Below are positions 34,725 through 37,134 of a DNA stretch of 37,134 nucleotides, piece after piece. Where the stretch lies: the IMG/VR virus record IMGVR_UViG_3300037851_001078, positions 1-37,134 of that record; one strand, written 5' to 3'. How positions within the stretch are numbered: the stretch's first letter is position 1; each line of letters opens with the position of its first letter. The position numbers and the translations under genes were made by a program. The DNA is from a virus (taxonomy: Duplodnaviria; Caudoviricetes). The notes below the pieces were generated by a model. It searched no databases and was not told where the DNA came from. It saw only the letters and a list, made by a program, of their open reading frames with translations.

Positions 34725-36335
34725 TTATTTGTATACGTATGCAGGCATCTTTTTCTTGCCTGTGTCCTTGATTATCTGAGCAGCAATATCTCTTGCTGTT
34801 CCCTTGTATTCTTTTCTGAATCTGTATCGTCCAATTGGCCGATGTGTTTGGTCGTGAGCTAAACTTGCCTCGTTACTTGCTCCGCCAGAAAGAATCAATT
34901 TAGGACCATTCATATCAATTAGCGAAACAGATAATTGTCTTCCACCTTCAAGGTCGAACCAATTCCAATCATCATTTTCTCCTGATTCAAGGTCTTGCCA
35001 TCCAACAGGAAGAACAGGTTCTTCATCAGGAGCAAGTTTCCTCATTTCTTTGAATGATTCAGAGTATGAACGCATATAATCCAAAGTAGCTTTTTTAGCA
35101 TCTTCTTCTGAAGTTGATTTAGCAATTTTCTTAATTGGCTGCAAATTTTTATACAAACTAACTCCCCAGTTGTCTCCAGTCAACCTATAATATCGTATAG
35201 TTATGTTGCTGTCATTTCGATTTTCCCACATGTTTTCGTGAGTTTGTTTCCAATCTCGCAATGATTCCTTAGAAACTGATTCCTTTCCTTTGTGGTTCTT
35301 TTTATACCAATTTTCAAAAGCAGAATCAGTCATCTTATCAGCAAATGTATAGAACTCATCATCTAAATCTTCAGCTTCGTCGTTATCGTAATCGATTTTG
35401 TCTCCCTGTTCTCGAATCAATGTAATTGCTTTTGTTGCCCATTTCGCATATTGACCTCTAAATGCAGGAGCGTATTCAATTACGAAATCTTCACCATCTT
35501 CAATCTCTGAAATTGCACGACTTGCTCCATCATTCTGAACAAGTTGTACCATTCCGCCATTGTTGACTTGTTGAACTGTCCTTCCCCAACCGTGTCCTTT
35601 GTAATGTTTCCAAATTTCGTCATTTACTTTGTCTTCGTCTTTTGGAGAAAGCTTTTCACGAAGTGATTCGATTAACTGAATCTTATCAACAGGATATTCG
35701 AAAATCTGTCCTGGAAAATCTGACGCTTTAGAAAGTTGAACAAGTGCTGTATTTCCAGCAACTGATAGAACCTTGCCAGGACCAGCCATCGTTTCAACAG
35801 CGTCATTAGTTCTGACCATACGTTCCCTGAGTGATTCCTCAAGTCCTTCTTCTTTAATTACCTTGTCGATAATCTGCCACAAATTGCTTGGGTGAAGATT
35901 GTAATCAGGAATGATGTCAATTACATCACTCACATCATCTTTGCTGAGTTTTGGATATCGTTTATGAATCTCGACAGCAAGTTCTTTGACCCATTTCTCA
36001 GCCTCAGCTTGATTTTTGGGTTTTGCATTGATATCGAATGATTCCTTCGATTTGTAAACATGATGCTTTTCTCCTTCGTGAAGTACCCAGAATCCATCTC
36101 TGACATTGTAGTTGTCGTTCCATCGTCCATTAGAATCTTCAACTTCTGTTCCAATGTATTCAGCAGGACCTTTTGCCGTAGAAATCGTTTTCTTAACATT
36201 TCCAATCTGTTTCAATGTTTCCTTCTTCGTATCCTCAACTTTATGTTTGATTGCACCGCAGTAAGCCTGAGGATTGGACTTATCAGCGTTCTTTTTAACG
36301 CAATCATCAAAATCCTTGTATCCTGCGAATGGCAT
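34725..36335 (-). CDS. Multidomain putative internal head (poly)protein, 536 aa
   Basis: AGGTGA SD before ATG 36335. About 8 small segments are separated by ETLKQ/ESFD/ESLRE/ESLRE/ESLRD/ESFKE linkers. Confidence 0.7.
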   Translation of the reverse strand: MPFAGYKDFDDCVKKNADKSNPQAYCGAIKHKVEDTKKETLKQIGNVKKTISTAKGPAEYIGTEVEDSNGRWNDNYNVRDGFWVLHEGEKHHVYKSKESFDINAKPKNQAEAEKWVKELAVEIHKRYPKLSKDDVSDVIDIIPDYNLHPSNLWQIIDKVIKEEGLEESLRERMVRTNDAVETMAGPGKVLSVAGNTALVQLSKASDFPGQIFEYPVDKIQLIESLREKLSPKDEDKVNDEIWKHYKGHGWGRTVQQVNNGGMVQLVQNDGASRAISEIEDGEDFVIEYAPAFRGQYAKWATKAITLIREQGDKIDYDNDEAEDLDDEFYTFADKMTDSAFENWYKKNHKGKESVSKESLRDWKQTHENMWENRNDSNITIRYYRLTGDNWGVSLYKNLQPIKKIAKSTSEEDAKKATLDYMRSYSESFKEMRKLAPDEEPVLPVGWQDLESGENDDWNWFDLEGGRQLSVSLIDMNGPKLILSGGASNEASLAHDQTHRPIGRYRFRKEYKGTARDIAAQIIKDTGKKKMPAYVYK

Positions 36336-36364
36336 AATAATCACCTTGTTTTATTAATGTAGAT

Positions 36365-36390
36365 TTAATCTCTAATATTTATAAACTTAA
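36365..36390 (-). promoter_or_regulatory. Class B promoter
   Basis: TAAGTTTATAAATATTAGAGATTAA; TATA at 36378-36385. Confidence 0.8.
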
Positions 36391-36395
36391 TTACA

Positions 36396-36548
36396 TCATT
36401 TCCTCATAAATGGGCAGTCATCTGAATGAACATGATGATTTGGCTTGTTTCCTTTGTAAAGTAATCGCCTTTTGCAAAAAGGACAATACTTTCTATCCTT
36501 CCAACGATAAATCATCGATTTGATTGTTTCAAAAAATGTCAAGCTCAT
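36396..36548 (-). CDS. Small zinc-binding protein (50 aa)
   Basis: CPFC...HSDDC; TGATG coupling with the upstream gene. Confidence 0.6.
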   Translation of the reverse strand: MSLTFFETIKSMIYRWKDRKYCPFCKRRLLYKGNKPNHHVHSDDCPFMRK

Positions 36549-36856
36549 CACGTCCTCTGGTAATACGTTTGATTTGTTGAATTTCCACAACCAGTTAGCA
36601 CGCACCAGCATTCCTTAGTTGTGTTGCTTTCCCATTGCACCGTCTTGTTTGTTGTTGTATTCAACATGCAATAATTAGTTGTGTTTTCCTGACGCATCCA
36701 CTCCCAGTCCGTGCAAGAACTGTTCTCATAGAGAAGAAGGCACTTGTCCTTGCAGGAGTCATAGGGGAGGTCGGGATAATCGGGGGTGCACCCGACTAAT
36801 AGGAAGTCTATGACAAGAAACATTGCGAATACCGAAATTAGTTTTTCTTTTTTCAT
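36548..36856 (-). CDS. Cys-rich lipoprotein with 7 N-glycosylation sequons
   Basis: MKKEK + hydrophobic core + LVGC lipobox; sequons NSS, NTT, NTT, NKT, NTT, NST and NQT. Confidence 0.7.
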   Translation of the reverse strand: MKKEKLISVFAMFLVIDFLLVGCTPDYPDLPYDSCKDKCLLLYENSSCTDWEWMRQENTTNYCMLNTTTNKTVQWESNTTKECWCVLTGCGNSTNQTYYQRT

Positions 36857-37134
36857 TTCACCAACCTTATGCCGCACCGACAATTTATCGATTGGCTCAG
36901 GTTGGTTGTACCATCAGCATTCGGGACATGTCCAGGAATCGGTGCCTTTCCAGTCAGTGCATCAATGATGCTGAATGACCTACCGTGAAGCCACTTGTGA
37001 TAATCACGCGTTCTTTTATCGTTCTTTCCCAGAACCCATTCGTACTCCGTGAATCCCATATCTCTCCACGTCATCAGCTTCGTCACTGATGAAAGGTACG
37101 CTGTATTCGTCCTGATTGCTCTATCCAGCTTATA
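36853..37134 (-). CDS. MuF / SPP1 gp7-like minor head protein, C-terminal part (5' end outside the window)
   Basis: Frame is open to the window end: IRT...EWV...D.RTR..H..LHG...PG...INCRC. Confidence 0.85.
   Translation of the reverse strand, partial: YKLDRAIRTNTAYLSSVTKLMTWRDMGFTEYEWVLGKNDKRTRDYHKWLHGRSFSIIDALTGKAPIPGHVPNADGTTNLSQSINCRCGIRLVK

Larger units (their letters stand above)
1..37134. mobile_element. Fragment of a contractile-tailed dsDNA virus genome, probably an archaeal virus
   Basis: Head, neck, sheath, tube, tape measure and baseplate genes are in canonical order on the - strand. Promoters are TATA/BRE-like with near-leaderless starts. No host housekeeping genes, integrase or att site are seen. 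Confidence 0.93.

Noticed and set aside
1-37134. CRISPR array, tRNA or rRNA genes
   Set aside because: No regularly spaced repeats. The multi-stem regions at 2239-2349 and 4469-4592 lack the tRNA T-loop (TTCRA) and D-loop consensus.
1-37134. Alternative genetic code or stop-codon reassignment
   Set aside because: Genes are full length and tightly packed under the standard code, and all three stops are used. The one large gap (20214-20440) is explained by a frameshift.

Overview
This window is a 37-kb piece of a tailed dsDNA virus (Caudoviricetes, contractile-tailed myovirus type) that very probably infects an archaeon. The evidence is TTTATAAA TATA boxes mostly 23-29 nt upstream of start codons (leaderless or near-leaderless mRNAs), purine-rich BRE-like elements, GGTGA Shine-Dalgarno sites, U-rich terminators and no recognisable endolysin. 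The left ~8.6 kb, mostly on the + strand, holds accessory and DNA-metabolism genes. These are a nucleotidyltransferase, a deaminase, a ParB-like protein, a cysteine-protease-like protein, zinc-ribbon proteins, an ATP-dependent DNA ligase, and an operon encoding a ParB/radical-SAM-SPASM fusion, a cytidylyltransferase-HAD phosphatase fusion and a NeuB-type synthase (a compact CMP-nonulosonic acid pathway). The right ~28.5 kb, on the - strand, is a nearly complete morphogenesis module running from MuF (cut by the window end) through prohead protease, scaffold, major capsid, neck, sheath, tube, chaperone, tape measure and baseplate to the receptor-binding proteins. The most notable observations are: (1) the viral nonulosonic acid operon, together with a lipoprotein carrying 7 N-glycosylation sequons; (2) a putative head polyprotein of small domains separated by E-[ST]-[LF]-[RK]-[EDQ]-like linkers that match probable prohead-protease sites; (3) a -1 frameshift with an 11-bp stimulatory hairpin in the tail chaperone; (4) nested domain insertions in tail proteins; (5) two candidate multi-hairpin RNAs; (6) a bipartite repeat shared by two loci 14 kb apart; (7) two promoter classes. 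Family assignments come from motif recognition by eye; no database searches were run.
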